Positions 1-9,796 of a stretch of 64,000 nucleotides of DNA are shown in pieces (within the stretch, counting starts at the first letter, position 1; each line of letters opens with the position of its first letter). The DNA is from an uncultured Bacilli bacterium. GTDB taxonomy: Bacteria > Bacillota_I > Bacilli_A > RF39 > UBA660. A model generated the notes under the pieces. The model was not told the origin of the DNA. It was given only the letters and a program-made list of their open reading frames with translations, and ran no database searches. Location of the stretch: contig CAKORJ010000001.1 of NCBI GenBank assembly GCA_934101575.1, positions 402,994 to 466,993 on the forward strand, in the 5' to 3' direction. The position numbers were made by a program, and so were the translations under genes.

Positions 1-1977
1 TGATATTACTATAATTATTTTGTTTTTATACTTTGATATTATATTTTTTAATATTTGTCCTTCTTCGGAAATTGATATTTCATTAAATACTTCATCTAGT
101 ATTAGGACATCTTTAAAGTGTAAGAGACCTCTTGCTAGGATTATTTTTTTTCTTTCTCCTCCACTTATATTTGATCCGGATTCTTCTATTACATAGTTTA
201 AATTAATATTTTTTTGGGATAGAAATTCATCTAATTGTGTTATCTTGGCTATTTCTTTTATTTTTTCTTGATCTTTTGTTATAAGTTCTAAATTATCTTT
301 TATTGTTCCTTGAAAAAGTGTTTCATTTTGACTTATATATGTTATATTGTCTCTTAAAAAAGATATATTTAGGTCTTTAATATTTATATTATCTATTAAA
401 ATATTTCCTTTTTCACTATTATAATACTTTAGTAATAATTTCATCATAGTTGATTTACCTAGACCAGATTCTCCAGTTAGATATATAATATCTCCTTTTT
501 TTATTTCAAGACTTATGTCTTTTAGTAAATATTTATTATTTGTTTTATAAGATATATTTTTATAATTTATCTTATTTATTGATGAAAAGTTTGTTTTTTC
601 TTGTACTTCTTCTTTTACGTCTAAGCAATCTAGGACTCTATCTATAGAGGTTTCATATACTTTATATAATACGATGCTTTCTGTTATATTATTTAGTAAT
701 CCTATTATAAGATAAAATATTGATGAATATAGTACTATGTCTAAATAATTCATGTTTGTTTTTATTATTATTAATATAGAAAACATTATATATATTATAT
801 AAGAAGCATCTGTTAAAAAAGATATCAGGAAATTATAATTATAGTTTTTTGTATTATATATTTTTTCTTGTTTTAATGATTCATTATAGTTTTGATCTAA
901 TAGAGTTGTAATTTTTTTACTTATATTTAAGTTTTTTATTGTTTCAAACGATGTAATATGACTCAGAATTAAAGAGGTATATTTTATTTTACTTTGTTTA
1001 TATTTTATAAATGCATCATTAAATATATATTGATATTTTTTTGTTATTATATATAGTATTAATAATACTAGTGCTAAGTATAGTCCTATGTATATATTCA
1101 GAATAGATGTGTAGATAATTATTACTATTATTAGTATTAAATCTACGGATGATAATATAAATACTTTTGTTATTACTTCCTTAAAATTTTCTATATCCTC
1201 GACTAGGGTTAATAGTTCTCCGGATTTTTTTGTGATGAAGTATTTGTAAGGAAGGTTAAATATATGACTTATTACTTTTTTTGTGGTATCATGGTCAATT
1301 TTTATATTCAACTTTAATACTAGTTTATTTTTTAAATAGTACAATATATTTTTTATAATTATTAAGGTGATGAATGAGACTGTTATTACGATTAGATATG
1401 ACGCGTTTTTGTAATAAACTAGTACTGTTTTTAAATAATAGTTAAATATTAGTGATAAAAGTACACAAAATATGGATAAGATAACTGTTTTTATAATTAT
1501 TTTTTTATGTTCTTTTGTTATGGCTAATATTTCTGCTTTGAATCTTTTACTTTTTGTTTTCTTTTTCTTTTTTCCTTCGAATATAAGAAATATATCTGTT
1601 GTTATATTATGGAACTTTTCAAATGAAAGTGTTTTTATGCCATCCTCTGGATCCATTACTTTTATTGTTTGTTTCTTTTTATTTATTTCTAATATTACTA
1701 TAAAGTGAAACATGTTTTCATTTTTTATTGTGTGTGCTATAGCTGGTAGCTTATCTATGTTTTCTAGTTGAGATCTTACACCATAAGCATTTATTCCATA
1801 ACACTTACTTATTTTTATTAAATCATATGCTGCATAACCACAGTCTTTTTGTTTTACTTTACTTAATATTGCTTCTCTGGATGGTTTTATTCCATAATAC
1901 ATAAGAACTGTCATTATACTTGCTATTCCACAATCTGTGTAACTTTGTTGAAGTACATAGTCATAACTTTTATTCAT
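1..1977 (-). CDS. ABC-type peptide/bacteriocin exporter with N-terminal C39 peptidase domain (partial, C-terminus beyond left edge)
   Basis: Manual translation of minus strand from ATG at 1977-1975 (GGAGG RBS at 1983-1987 rc). N-terminus MNKSYDYVLQQSYTDCGIASIMTVL carries the C39 Cys motif. Multiple TM segments follow, and Walker A GESGLGKST lies near coordinate ~450. Absent from the ORF track only because it is cut by the window edge. Confidence 0.7.
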   Translation of the reverse strand, partial: MNKSYDYVLQQSYTDCGIASIMTVLMYYGIKPSREAILSKVKQKDCGYAAYDLIKISKCYGINAYGVRSQLENIDKLPAIAHTIKNENMFHFIVILEINKKKQTIKVMDPEDGIKTLSFEKFHNITTDIFLIFEGKKKKKTKSKRFKAEILAITKEHKKIIIKTVILSIFCVLLSLIFNYYLKTVLVYYKNASYLIVITVSFITLIIIKNILYYLKNKLVLKLNIKIDHDTTKKVISHIFNLPYKYFITKKSGELLTLVEDIENFKEVITKVFILSSVDLILIIVIIIYTSILNIYIGLYLALVLLILYIITKKYQYIFNDAFIKYKQSKIKYTSLILSHITSFETIKNLNISKKITTLLDQNYNESLKQEKIYNTKNYNYNFLISFLTDASYIIYIMFSILIIIKTNMNYLDIVLYSSIFYLIIGLLNNITESIVLYKVYETSIDRVLDCLDVKEEVQEKTNFSSINKINYKNISYKTNNKYLLKDISLEIKKGDIIYLTGESGLGKSTMMKLLLKYYNSEKGNILIDNINIKDLNISFLRDNITYISQNETLFQGTIKDNLELITKDQEKIKEIAKITQLDEFLSQKNINLNYVIEESGSNISGGERKKIILARGLLHFKDVLILDEVFNEISISEEGQILKNIISKYKNKIIIVIS

Positions 1978-2137
1978 TTTACCCTCCTCATATATATAAT
2001 TAGTGTAAAATGACAAAATGACCTAGGTTTTTTTATAAAAAGCTATAAAGTTTTATAAGAAAAGATGATACTTTGTATATCATCTTTGGTTTTTGTTATC
2101 TAGCAATAAATACTATTATAATGATTAATGTTTATTC

Positions 2138-5035
2138 TTATCTTTCTATCTCATTACATATTATTTGATATTCATTAAATCTTCTTTCTACTTTTCCTTT
2201 TACTTTTAGGATTTCATTTTTCTTGAAGTTATTGTTTTCTTTGTAGAGATCTGGAAATACTATTAAAGTTGTAGTTCCTGTGTTATCTGATGCTGTTATG
2301 AAACACATTACGTCGTTTTTCTTTGTTACTATTTCTTTTATTTTATCTATTGATACTATTACTGTTATTCTTTGATTTAATTTATCTTTTATATTATATA
2401 TGTCTGTTATACCTGGATTGTTTAGTTTATATTTTTCTGTTTTATGACTTGTTAAGTAGAAACCAAATATTTCTTTTTCTTTGTTTAATATATCTTCTAT
2501 TGGTAGTTCTTGTTTTATTTCTATTTCTGGTTTTGGTATTATGTTTTCTTCTAGTCCGGATGATAGCTCTATGTAGTTTAATATATTATCTAAGTTTGAT
2601 ATTAGCGTATTTATGTTATAGAAACTATCAAAGGCATGAGAATAGATTAATGATTCTAATATTTTTTTATTGTTTGTTTTCTTTGATGTTCTTTTTAGAA
2701 AGTCATATATATCTTTATATGGTGTTGTTCTTTCTTCTATTATGTAATTTGATATTATTCCTCCGACATTTCTTATAGCATTTAATGGGAAAACTATAGC
2801 ATTATCTTTATATGTGAATTCTGTATCATTACTTAGGTTGATATCTGGTGGAAGAAGTTTTATTCCTAGTTTTTTTATTTCGTTTATATATTCTTTTGTT
2901 TTTTCTTCACTACCTATTACACTTGATAAAAGATTGGCATAAAATTCTTTTGGAAAATAGTATTTTAGATAAGCCATTTTATATGCTACTATGGAATATG
3001 ATACTGAGTGACTTTTGTTAAATCCGTATCCAGCGAAGGCTAATATTAAATCAAATAATTCTTTTGATTTTTCTTTTGTTTTATTGTTTTTTATTGATTT
3101 TTCTATGAATCTTGTCTCTTCATTTTTTAATATTTCATATTTCTTTTTACTCATTGCTCTTCTTAGAAGATCTGCTTCTGCTAAGGTATATCCAGCGAAG
3201 TTTTGGGCTATTAGCATTATTTGTTCTTGATATACTATTATTCCATATGTTTCTTTTAGAATAGGTTTCAATGACTCATCTATATACTCTATTTTTTCTT
3301 TTCCTTCTTTTCTTTTTATAAATGAAGGGATGTTTGATGCTGGTCCTGGTCTAAATAGTGCTATGGCATTACAAAGATCTATGAAGTTTTTTGGTTTTAA
3401 GTCTTTTAAGAATCTTTTCATTCCTTCGGATTCAAACTGGAATATTCCTGTTGTTTCTCCTTCTTCGAATAGTTTCATTACTTTAGGATCGTCGAATGGA
3501 ATTTTGTTAAAATCTAGTTGCTTTTGTGTTTTTTGATTAATATTTTTTATTACATTATCTATTATTGATAGGTTTTTTATTCCTAGGAAGTCCATTTTTA
3601 TTAGTCCTAGTTCTTCTAAATAGTCCATTGTGTATTCTGTTAGATTTATATCTTCACTTGGTTTTATTGGAATTACTTCATCTAATGGTTTATAACTTAT
3701 TACTATTCCAGCGGCATGAATACTTGTGTGTCTTTTGTTACCTTCGATTAAATTTACTATATTATATAAAAGCTTTAGTTTGTCATCATTTTCTATCATC
3801 ATGTTTATTTCTTTATCACTATGTTTTAACTGTTTTAATGTTCCTTTAAAGGGAATTTTTTTACATATTATATCTATATATTTTGGTGATATCATTAGGA
3901 CTCTTCCTACATCTCTTACTGAGGCTCTTCCTCCTAAAGTTCCAAATGTTATTATTCCAGCGACGTTGTTTTCTCCATATTTTTGTTTTACATATTCTAT
4001 CACTTTGCCTCTTTTGGTGTCTGGAAAATCTGTATCTATATCTGGCATTGTTATTCTTTCAGGATTTAAGAATCTTTCGAATAATAAATTATATTTTATT
4101 GGATCTACATCTGTTATTCCTAAACAATATGATACTAAAGATCCGGCGGCGGAACCTCTTCCTGGTCCTACTAAGATACCATTTTGTTTGGCATATTTTA
4201 TATAATCATATACTACTAGAAAATAATCTTCAAAGTGCATTTTTAATATTATATCTAATTCATATTCTAGTCTTGTTTTATAGTTTTCTGTTATGTTACC
4301 GTTTAATCTTCTATATAGTCCTTTCATACTAAGTTCTTTTAAGAATTCTTTTGGGTTTTCTGTATTATATTTTGGCATAAATAGTTCTTTTTTGAATGAT
4401 ATGTTGCATTCATCTGATATTTTTAAGGTGTTATTTATGGACTTTGAGCTTACTTTTGTTATTACTTCATCACTTGTATACAAATAATTGTTTTGATATT
4501 TAAATTCTAGTCCATCACTTATTGTTTTTCCATCTCTTATCATAAATATATATGGTAAATATTTATATAGGGCTTGTTCTAAGTATAATGTTTTATTTAT
4601 GAAGACTGTTTCTAAATCTTTATATAATTCTTCTTCTTTTTTATTTGTTACTCCTATGTAAATATCGTTAAATATATCTTTGTACTCACCATATATATTT
4701 TTATCAAAACATATTAAGATAAGGCCTTTGTTATGATTTTTTATATACTCTTGGGTTAAGTTGTTTTTGTTTTTTTGCGTTTCTATTTTTACTAAATTAT
4801 AGTATCCTTCGGATGTTTTAGCATATAAAAGTATTTGTTTTAGATCTAGTCCTATTATTGGTTTTATATTTTCTTTTTTTAACTTATGAAATATTTCCAT
4901 GGTTCCGTATAGGTTGTCATCTACTATGGCGCATGATGTTAATTTTTTCTTTTTTAGATTTTCTACTAGATCATCTATTTTGATTAGACTTGATAATAAA
5001 CTATAATCTGTTTTTATATAAAGTGGTGTATACAT
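2138..5035 (-). CDS. dnaE: DNA polymerase III alpha subunit (DnaE-type)
   Basis: 965 aa ORF. PHP domain N-terminus (YTPLYIKTDYSLL), polymerase core motifs and a C-terminal OB-fold region. Confidence 0.85.
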   Translation of the reverse strand: MYTPLYIKTDYSLLSSLIKIDDLVENLKKKKLTSCAIVDDNLYGTMEIFHKLKKENIKPIIGLDLKQILLYAKTSEGYYNLVKIETQKNKNNLTQEYIKNHNKGLILICFDKNIYGEYKDIFNDIYIGVTNKKEEELYKDLETVFINKTLYLEQALYKYLPYIFMIRDGKTISDGLEFKYQNNYLYTSDEVITKVSSKSINNTLKISDECNISFKKELFMPKYNTENPKEFLKELSMKGLYRRLNGNITENYKTRLEYELDIILKMHFEDYFLVVYDYIKYAKQNGILVGPGRGSAAGSLVSYCLGITDVDPIKYNLLFERFLNPERITMPDIDTDFPDTKRGKVIEYVKQKYGENNVAGIITFGTLGGRASVRDVGRVLMISPKYIDIICKKIPFKGTLKQLKHSDKEINMMIENDDKLKLLYNIVNLIEGNKRHTSIHAAGIVISYKPLDEVIPIKPSEDINLTEYTMDYLEELGLIKMDFLGIKNLSIIDNVIKNINQKTQKQLDFNKIPFDDPKVMKLFEEGETTGIFQFESEGMKRFLKDLKPKNFIDLCNAIALFRPGPASNIPSFIKRKEGKEKIEYIDESLKPILKETYGIIVYQEQIMLIAQNFAGYTLAEADLLRRAMSKKKYEILKNEETRFIEKSIKNNKTKEKSKELFDLILAFAGYGFNKSHSVSYSIVAYKMAYLKYYFPKEFYANLLSSVIGSEEKTKEYINEIKKLGIKLLPPDINLSNDTEFTYKDNAIVFPLNAIRNVGGIISNYIIEERTTPYKDIYDFLKRTSKKTNNKKILESLIYSHAFDSFYNINTLISNLDNILNYIELSSGLEENIIPKPEIEIKQELPIEDILNKEKEIFGFYLTSHKTEKYKLNNPGITDIYNIKDKLNQRITVIVSIDKIKEIVTKKNDVMCFITASDNTGTTTLIVFPDLYKENNNFKKNEILKVKGKVERRFNEYQIICNEIER

Positions 5036-5351
5036 ATTAGTTTCCTCCTTAAGATAATTTTATCATATATTTAGGGGTTTTACTTGGAAAAATTGTATAT
5101 TTGTGTTATATTATTGCGGCAAATGATGTGAGGGATGAGCTATACTATAGTAAACTTACCAAGAAATAGATTAGTTAATCTATTTCGTTTTTAAAAGAAA
5201 ATTTAGAGTAAGCGAGAAAGCATTATATTGAGAGTAAAGAAAAAATATGTTGATGGTATTTTGTTATATGGATATGATGTTATAGATTATAGAGAAAACC
5301 TTACTAGTTTTATTAGAATTTTGAGAAAAAAATAATTTTTTTCTTTTTTTG

Positions 5352-5362
5352 TGATATAATTT
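5352..5362 (+). promoter_or_regulatory. extended -10 promoter element (TGtgaTATAAT) upstream of SPFH gene
   Basis: tgtgatataat located 13 nt upstream of AAGGAGG RBS and ATG at 5375. No clear -35. Confidence 0.35.
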
Positions 5363-5374
5363 CTTTAAGGAGGT

Positions 5375-6157
5375 ATGTTTATGGATATAGGTATAATACT
5401 TGTTATTGTAGTTGTAGTTATTTTGCTAGCATCTATTAAGCAAATTAATCAGTATGAGAGAGGGATTAAGTTTTGTCTTGGTAAATTTACTAAGATAATG
5501 GAACCTGGTTGGAGAATTGTTATTCCTATTTTTCAATCTTATAAGAAGGTTGATATTAGAACTAAGGCTGTAGATGTTCCTGAACAAGAAGCTATTACTA
5601 AGGATAATGTATCAGTAAAGATTAATGCCGTTATTTATTACAAAGTATTTGATGCTTCTAAGAGTGTTTTGGAAGTTGAAAACTTCTTTTATGCTGTGTC
5701 ACAACTTGCCCAAACTACTATGAGAAATGTTGTTGGTTCTGTTTCTTTGGATGAACTTTTAAGTGAAAGAGATAAGTTGTCTGAAGAAATTTGCAATATT
5801 ATTGATAAGGCTACTGATCCATGGGGAATTAAAGTTGAAAATGTTGAACTTAAGGATGTTTCTCTTCCTGAGGAAATGAAAAGAGTTATTGCTAGAGTTG
5901 CTGAAGCTGAAAGAGAAAAACAAGCTGTTATTACTAAATCAGTTGGTGAAGTTGAAGCTTCAAAAAATTTAGCTTTAGCTGCTGAAACTATGGCTGGTTC
6001 TAGTGGTGCTCTTCATTTAAGAACTCTATCTACAATCAATGATATTTCTTCTGATCAATCTAATACTATTATTTTTACTCTTCCTATTGAAGTGCTTAGA
6101 GCTATTGAGAGTAATGGTATTGATCTTAGTAAGATAACTAAAAAAAGCCAAAAATAA
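5375..6157 (+). CDS. SPFH/band-7 (stomatin/prohibitin-like) membrane protein
   Basis: 260 aa. N-terminal TM followed by a band-7 domain and a coiled-coil EAEREKQA. Confidence 0.8.
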   Translation: MFMDIGIILVIVVVVILLASIKQINQYERGIKFCLGKFTKIMEPGWRIVIPIFQSYKKVDIRTKAVDVPEQEAITKDNVSVKINAVIYYKVFDASKSVLEVENFFYAVSQLAQTTMRNVVGSVSLDELLSERDKLSEEICNIIDKATDPWGIKVENVELKDVSLPEEMKRVIARVAEAEREKQAVITKSVGEVEASKNLALAAETMAGSSGALHLRTLSTINDISSDQSNTIIFTLPIEVLRAIESNGIDLSKITKKSQK

Positions 6158-6169
6158 TGGCTTTTTTTA
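6141..6169 (+). terminator. rho-independent terminator after SPFH gene
   Basis: Hairpin aagcca-aaaataa-tggctt followed by a T7 run. The stop codon lies in the loop. Confidence 0.55.
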
Positions 6170-6199
6170 TTATGATTATTTTAGTATTTTTATTTTGTT

Positions 6200-7222
6200 T
6201 TATATCATTGATTTTCTTGTAAATACTTCTACATCTTTATCTACATATATATATGTTTTTCCTTCTAGTACTGTTTTTATGAAACCAAATCCATTTATTA
6301 CTATGTCTTCATGATATTTTAAATCTATTTCTTTTCTTGATAATTCTTGTAATGTGTTATGTCTTTTTCCATTTATTCTTTTTACGTTTACATTGTTTGA
6401 TGCAAATACTGTGAAACTATTTTTTTCTCCTTCTATGTAGTCTATTCTTAAGAAGTTTTCAAATATAAGAGCTTGTCCTTTTTTTATTTGATATGTTTTT
6501 GGTTTTATTTCTTTTTTTGATGATAGTTTTTTGATATTGTTATTATCTATATAATTTATTATATTATGTCTATCTACTAATCCTGGGGTATCAATTAAAT
6601 AAAAGTCTTTAAATGGTATTTTTATTTCATCTAGTGTTGTTGATGGCATACTTGATATTGTTATTAATGATTTATCTATGGAATAGTTTTCTATTAGTTT
6701 GTTTATTAATGTGCTTTTTCCTGCGTTTGTGTTTCCTACTACGTATACGTTTTTGTATACTCGGTGTTTTTTAATTAGTTTCATTAATTTATCTAAGTTG
6801 TAGTTTTTATTAGCACTTATTACAATTTTATCTATAAATACATCTTCGAAGTTTTCTGTTATGTAGTCTAATATTTTTTTATCCGTTACTGAAAGTGGTA
6901 ACATGTCTTTTTTATTTAGGACTAATATTACTTTATTATTTTTTAAGTATTCTTTTATTTTGGTTATATTTTTTGGTAATGAGATTAAGTCTATTACATA
7001 AAGGACTAATGATTTTGTTTTTCCTATGTCCTTTATTATTTCTATGTATTCATCATTTGATTTTGTTACTATTTCATATTCACCATAGTTTTTTAATCTA
7101 AAACATCTTTTACATAAATCTTTACTTAAATTATTGGTATATCCTTCTAGTAAGACATTATTATCTTGTAGTCTTACTCCACATCCTTTACAGTATTTAA
7201 TCATAATATTTACCTCTTTCAA
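6200..7222 (-). CDS. yqeH: ribosome biogenesis GTPase YqeH (circularly permuted GTPase with N-terminal CxxC zinc finger)
   Basis: CKGCGVRLQ...CKRCF zinc ribbon and GNTNAGKSTLIN G1 motif. Adjacent to yqeG as in Bacillus. True start probably the internal Met (MIKYCKGCG). Confidence 0.8.
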   Translation of the reverse strand: MKEVNIMIKYCKGCGVRLQDNNVLLEGYTNNLSKDLCKRCFRLKNYGEYEIVTKSNDEYIEIIKDIGKTKSLVLYVIDLISLPKNITKIKEYLKNNKVILVLNKKDMLPLSVTDKKILDYITENFEDVFIDKIVISANKNYNLDKLMKLIKKHRVYKNVYVVGNTNAGKSTLINKLIENYSIDKSLITISSMPSTTLDEIKIPFKDFYLIDTPGLVDRHNIINYIDNNNIKKLSSKKEIKPKTYQIKKGQALIFENFLRIDYIEGEKNSFTVFASNNVNVKRINGKRHNTLQELSRKEIDLKYHEDIVINGFGFIKTVLEGKTYIYVDKDVEVFTRKSMI

Positions 7223-7709
7223 TTTCTTGTTTATGTTTTTTTAGTATTTGATTTTCTAATTTTCTATTTACTTTAGTCCATATATGTTCATTATTTGTTA
7301 TTGGATCTATTAATACGGAATAGTAACCCATTCTATTTGCTCCCAATACATCTGTTATTAATTGATCTCCAATCATAGCTATTTGGTTTTCTTTTATTTC
7401 TTCTAATTTTAGTTTTTTATACCCTGTTTTTGATGGTTTTCTAGCATTACCTATGTATGGAATTTTTAACTCTCTGCAGACTTTTTCTAGTTTTTTATTG
7501 TTCAAACTATTTGATACTACATAGATAGCAAAATCTTTTTTTATTTTTGATATTAGTTCTTTTAACTCTTTTGGTGGTTTATTATTTCCTTTTTCTATTA
7601 TTGTGTTGTCAAAATCAAATAATAAAACTTTTATGTTTTTTTCTTTTAATTTTTTATAATTTATCTTGAATATATCTTTTGCATACATGTTTGGTATTAA
7701 TTTACTCAT
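7197..7709 (-). CDS. yqeG: HAD-IIIA family phosphatase YqeG
   Basis: DxDxT motif LLFDFDNTI. 170 aa. Synteny with yqeH. Confidence 0.75.
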   Translation of the reverse strand: MSKLIPNMYAKDIFKINYKKLKEKNIKVLLFDFDNTIIEKGNNKPPKELKELISKIKKDFAIYVVSNSLNNKKLEKVCRELKIPYIGNARKPSKTGYKKLKLEEIKENQIAMIGDQLITDVLGANRMGYYSVLIDPITNNEHIWTKVNRKLENQILKKHKQEIERGKYYD

Positions 7710-7761
7710 AATATCACCTATTTAAGTATATCATATCAAAATAAAAAAAGCACTAGTGTGC

Positions 7762-8043
7762 TTAACTTTCGTTCATTTGGTTTGTAAGAAGTCTTTCAGC
7801 TTTTTTATAATTTACTACTTTATAACTATCATAGACTTCTTCTAAATTGTCTTCTAAAATATTGTATGAATAATAGTACTTTTTATTGTTTATATCTATG
7901 TAGAAAAGTGCTATTTTTTCTTCTTTTTGCTTTCTTTTTAATACTTCGGATTTTAAATTATTTAACAATATTTTAGTTATTTCTTTTAATTTTTCATAAT
8001 TTATCTTTATTATAATCACCTCGTTTTTATGCATTTTTTGCAT
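7762..8043 (-). CDS. hypothetical small protein
   Basis: 93 aa ORF with a 17-nt overlap to the upstream htrA-like gene. No recognisable motif. Confidence 0.35.
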   Translation of the reverse strand: MQKMHKNEVIIIKINYEKLKEITKILLNNLKSEVLKRKQKEEKIALFYIDINNKKYYYSYNILEDNLEEVYDSYKVVNYKKAERLLTNQMNES

Positions 8044-9295
8044 TTGTAGTTAGTTTTATTTTAAATGTTTTTTCTTTACCATTTCTTTCTACTTTTATTT
8101 TTACTGTATCCCCGACTTTATGATTATATAATTTGTATTTAAAGTATGAAGAGTTTTCTACTGATTCACCATCTATTTCTTTTACTATATCTCCGGCTTT
8201 AATTCCTGCTTTTTCTGCGGGTGAATTTTTTTCTACACTTTCTATTATTACATTTTTGTCTCCGCCAAAGAATGATGTGCTTCCATCATAAATTGAGACT
8301 CCTATATATGGTCTTCTTACATCTTTTCCTTTTATGAAACTATCAGCATATGTTGTGGCAGTTTCTATTGGAATAGCGAAGCCCATTCCTTCTATTTGAT
8401 CTGAAGCTAATTTCATATTAGTTATTCCTATTACTTCTCCATTAGCATTACAAAGTGGTCCGCCGCTGTTTCCTGAGTTTATTGGTGTATCAGTTTGAAG
8501 AACTGTCATGTAACTACTTCCACTTGATACTACTCTGTTTTTTCCTGAAAGAATTCCTCTTGTTACTGACCAAGAGTATGCTTTAGCATCTAGTGGTGTT
8601 CCTACGGCAAATGTTGTATCCCCGACTCTCATTTTGTTATTATTTCCTATTTCTGCTACTTGAACAATATATTTTTTAGCAACTTTTAAGACTGCAACAT
8701 CTGAATACTCATCTGTTCCTACTATTTCAGCCTCTGCTTTTTTATCGTTTGTAAATCCTAGTTTTATTGATGTTGCATTTGTTATAACATGACTATTTGT
8801 TAAGATGTAACCATAGCTATTATCTGTTTTGTATACGAATCCTGAGCCGGTTGCGTATAAACTTCCATTTACATAATTTTCTACTACTACGACTGAGTCA
8901 TATACTTTTTCTACGGCATCTGCTATTCCTGTATCATCTACTGTTACATTTTTATTACTTGTATTGATGTTGTTTTGACTATTGTCAAGATAGCTTATTA
9001 GAAACAATGTAGCCCAAATTCCTATTATGATAATTACTATTAAAATAATAAGTGACTTCATATTTTTATTGGACGGTGTTTTTATTTTTTCCTTCGGCAT
9101 TCTTTTTGTTTCTTGATTTGTCCCACATATGAAACAGAACTTATCATCTTCTGACAAAAGGTTGTTGCATTTTATACATCTTTTTTCTTTATTTGGTTTT
9201 TGTGTTACATGTTCTTGTTCTTTGTTTTCTGTTATGTTTTCTTCTTTAGGTTTATTATTATTTTCTATTTCTTCATCTTTAACTTCTTTTTTCAT
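8027..9295 (-). CDS. HtrA/DegP-family trypsin-like serine protease with PDZ domain, N-terminal zinc-ribbon and TM anchor
   Basis: Catalytic triad context TNSHV / DVAVLK / GNSGGPL. C-terminal PDZ. N-terminus has CIKCNN...CFICG followed by a TM helix. Confidence 0.8.
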   Translation of the reverse strand: MKKEVKDEEIENNNKPKEENITENKEQEHVTQKPNKEKRCIKCNNLLSEDDKFCFICGTNQETKRMPKEKIKTPSNKNMKSLIILIVIIIIGIWATLFLISYLDNSQNNINTSNKNVTVDDTGIADAVEKVYDSVVVVENYVNGSLYATGSGFVYKTDNSYGYILTNSHVITNATSIKLGFTNDKKAEAEIVGTDEYSDVAVLKVAKKYIVQVAEIGNNNKMRVGDTTFAVGTPLDAKAYSWSVTRGILSGKNRVVSSGSSYMTVLQTDTPINSGNSGGPLCNANGEVIGITNMKLASDQIEGMGFAIPIETATTYADSFIKGKDVRRPYIGVSIYDGSTSFFGGDKNVIIESVEKNSPAEKAGIKAGDIVKEIDGESVENSSYFKYKLYNHKVGDTVKIKVERNGKEKTFKIKLTTNAKNA

Positions 9296-9398
9296 AAATC
9301 TTTCTCCTTACACTACTAATATTATATATCAAATATTATAATTTTTTGTTATATTTATGAAATTTTTTTGAAAAAAAGTTAAAGGAGCGTAAAGCTCC

Positions 9399-9650
9399 TT
9401 AACTAGATTGGGGTAAAAGAGGCTTCAAAATATTTTTTAGCTCTCTATCTGAAATAACTCTTCCTTCGGATATTATTTCATCGTTAAGTATTAGTGTAGG
9501 TATAACAATATGTTTCTGTTTGTTATTTTTTTTAGAAACTTCATTTATTTTTAAAGAGCATTCTAATTCTCTTTCTACCTTTTTTAAGTTTTTTAATATT
9601 TTTATTCCATTACTACAATCTGAACCTATTAGTTTTAAGTTCATTCGCAT
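9399..9650 (-). CDS. small thioredoxin-fold protein (hypothetical)
   Basis: 83 aa with GSDCSNG and a VIPTL cis-Pro-like motif. Weak. Confidence 0.3.
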   Translation of the reverse strand: MRMNLKLIGSDCSNGIKILKNLKKVERELECSLKINEVSKKNNKQKHIVIPTLILNDEIISEGRVISDRELKNILKPLLPQSS

Positions 9651-9753
9651 TCTCCTTTCTTTTGTTTGTTTATTTTTCTTATACTCATTCCTCCTTTCAT
9701 GATTTAAGTATAGAATAGTTATGTGATAGAAAAGTGTCGAAATTTGGAAAAGA

Positions 9754-9796
9754 ATGAAAAAAAGATATAGACTTAATTGTTTCTTTGTCTATATCT
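9754..9796 (-). terminator. rho-independent terminator at typA 3' end
   Basis: 10-bp stem agatatagac/gtctatatct followed by a T-run on the minus strand. Overlaps the last codons of typA. Confidence 0.45.

Noticed and set aside
1472-1708. 78-aa plus-strand ORF
   Set aside because: Lies antisense within the C39-ABC exporter gene and is a low-complexity hydrophobic artefact.
2063-2095. Hairpin aagatgata-ctttgta-tatcatctt between the dnaE stop and the ABC exporter start
   Set aside because: No convincing T-run on the strand where it would terminate dnaE. The assignment is ambiguous between a terminator and promoter-region structure.
2323-4487. Multiple plus-strand ORFs (2323..2778, 3015..3230, 3565..3849, 3726..4205, 3883..4332, and others) inside dnaE. 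Similar Leu/Phe/Ile-rich antisense ORFs occur inside typA, pcrA, ffh, polA, prkC, the PBP gene and others.
   Set aside because: They are antisense to long, well-supported genes. Their composition (poly-L/F/I) is what AT-rich antisense strands produce. No RBS or conserved motifs.
2138-5035. Considered whether the 965-aa polymerase is PolC or a truncated pseudogene
   Set aside because: It lacks the PolC-specific internal exonuclease insertion and is continuous with intact N- and C-terminal domains. Consistent with a compact DnaE.
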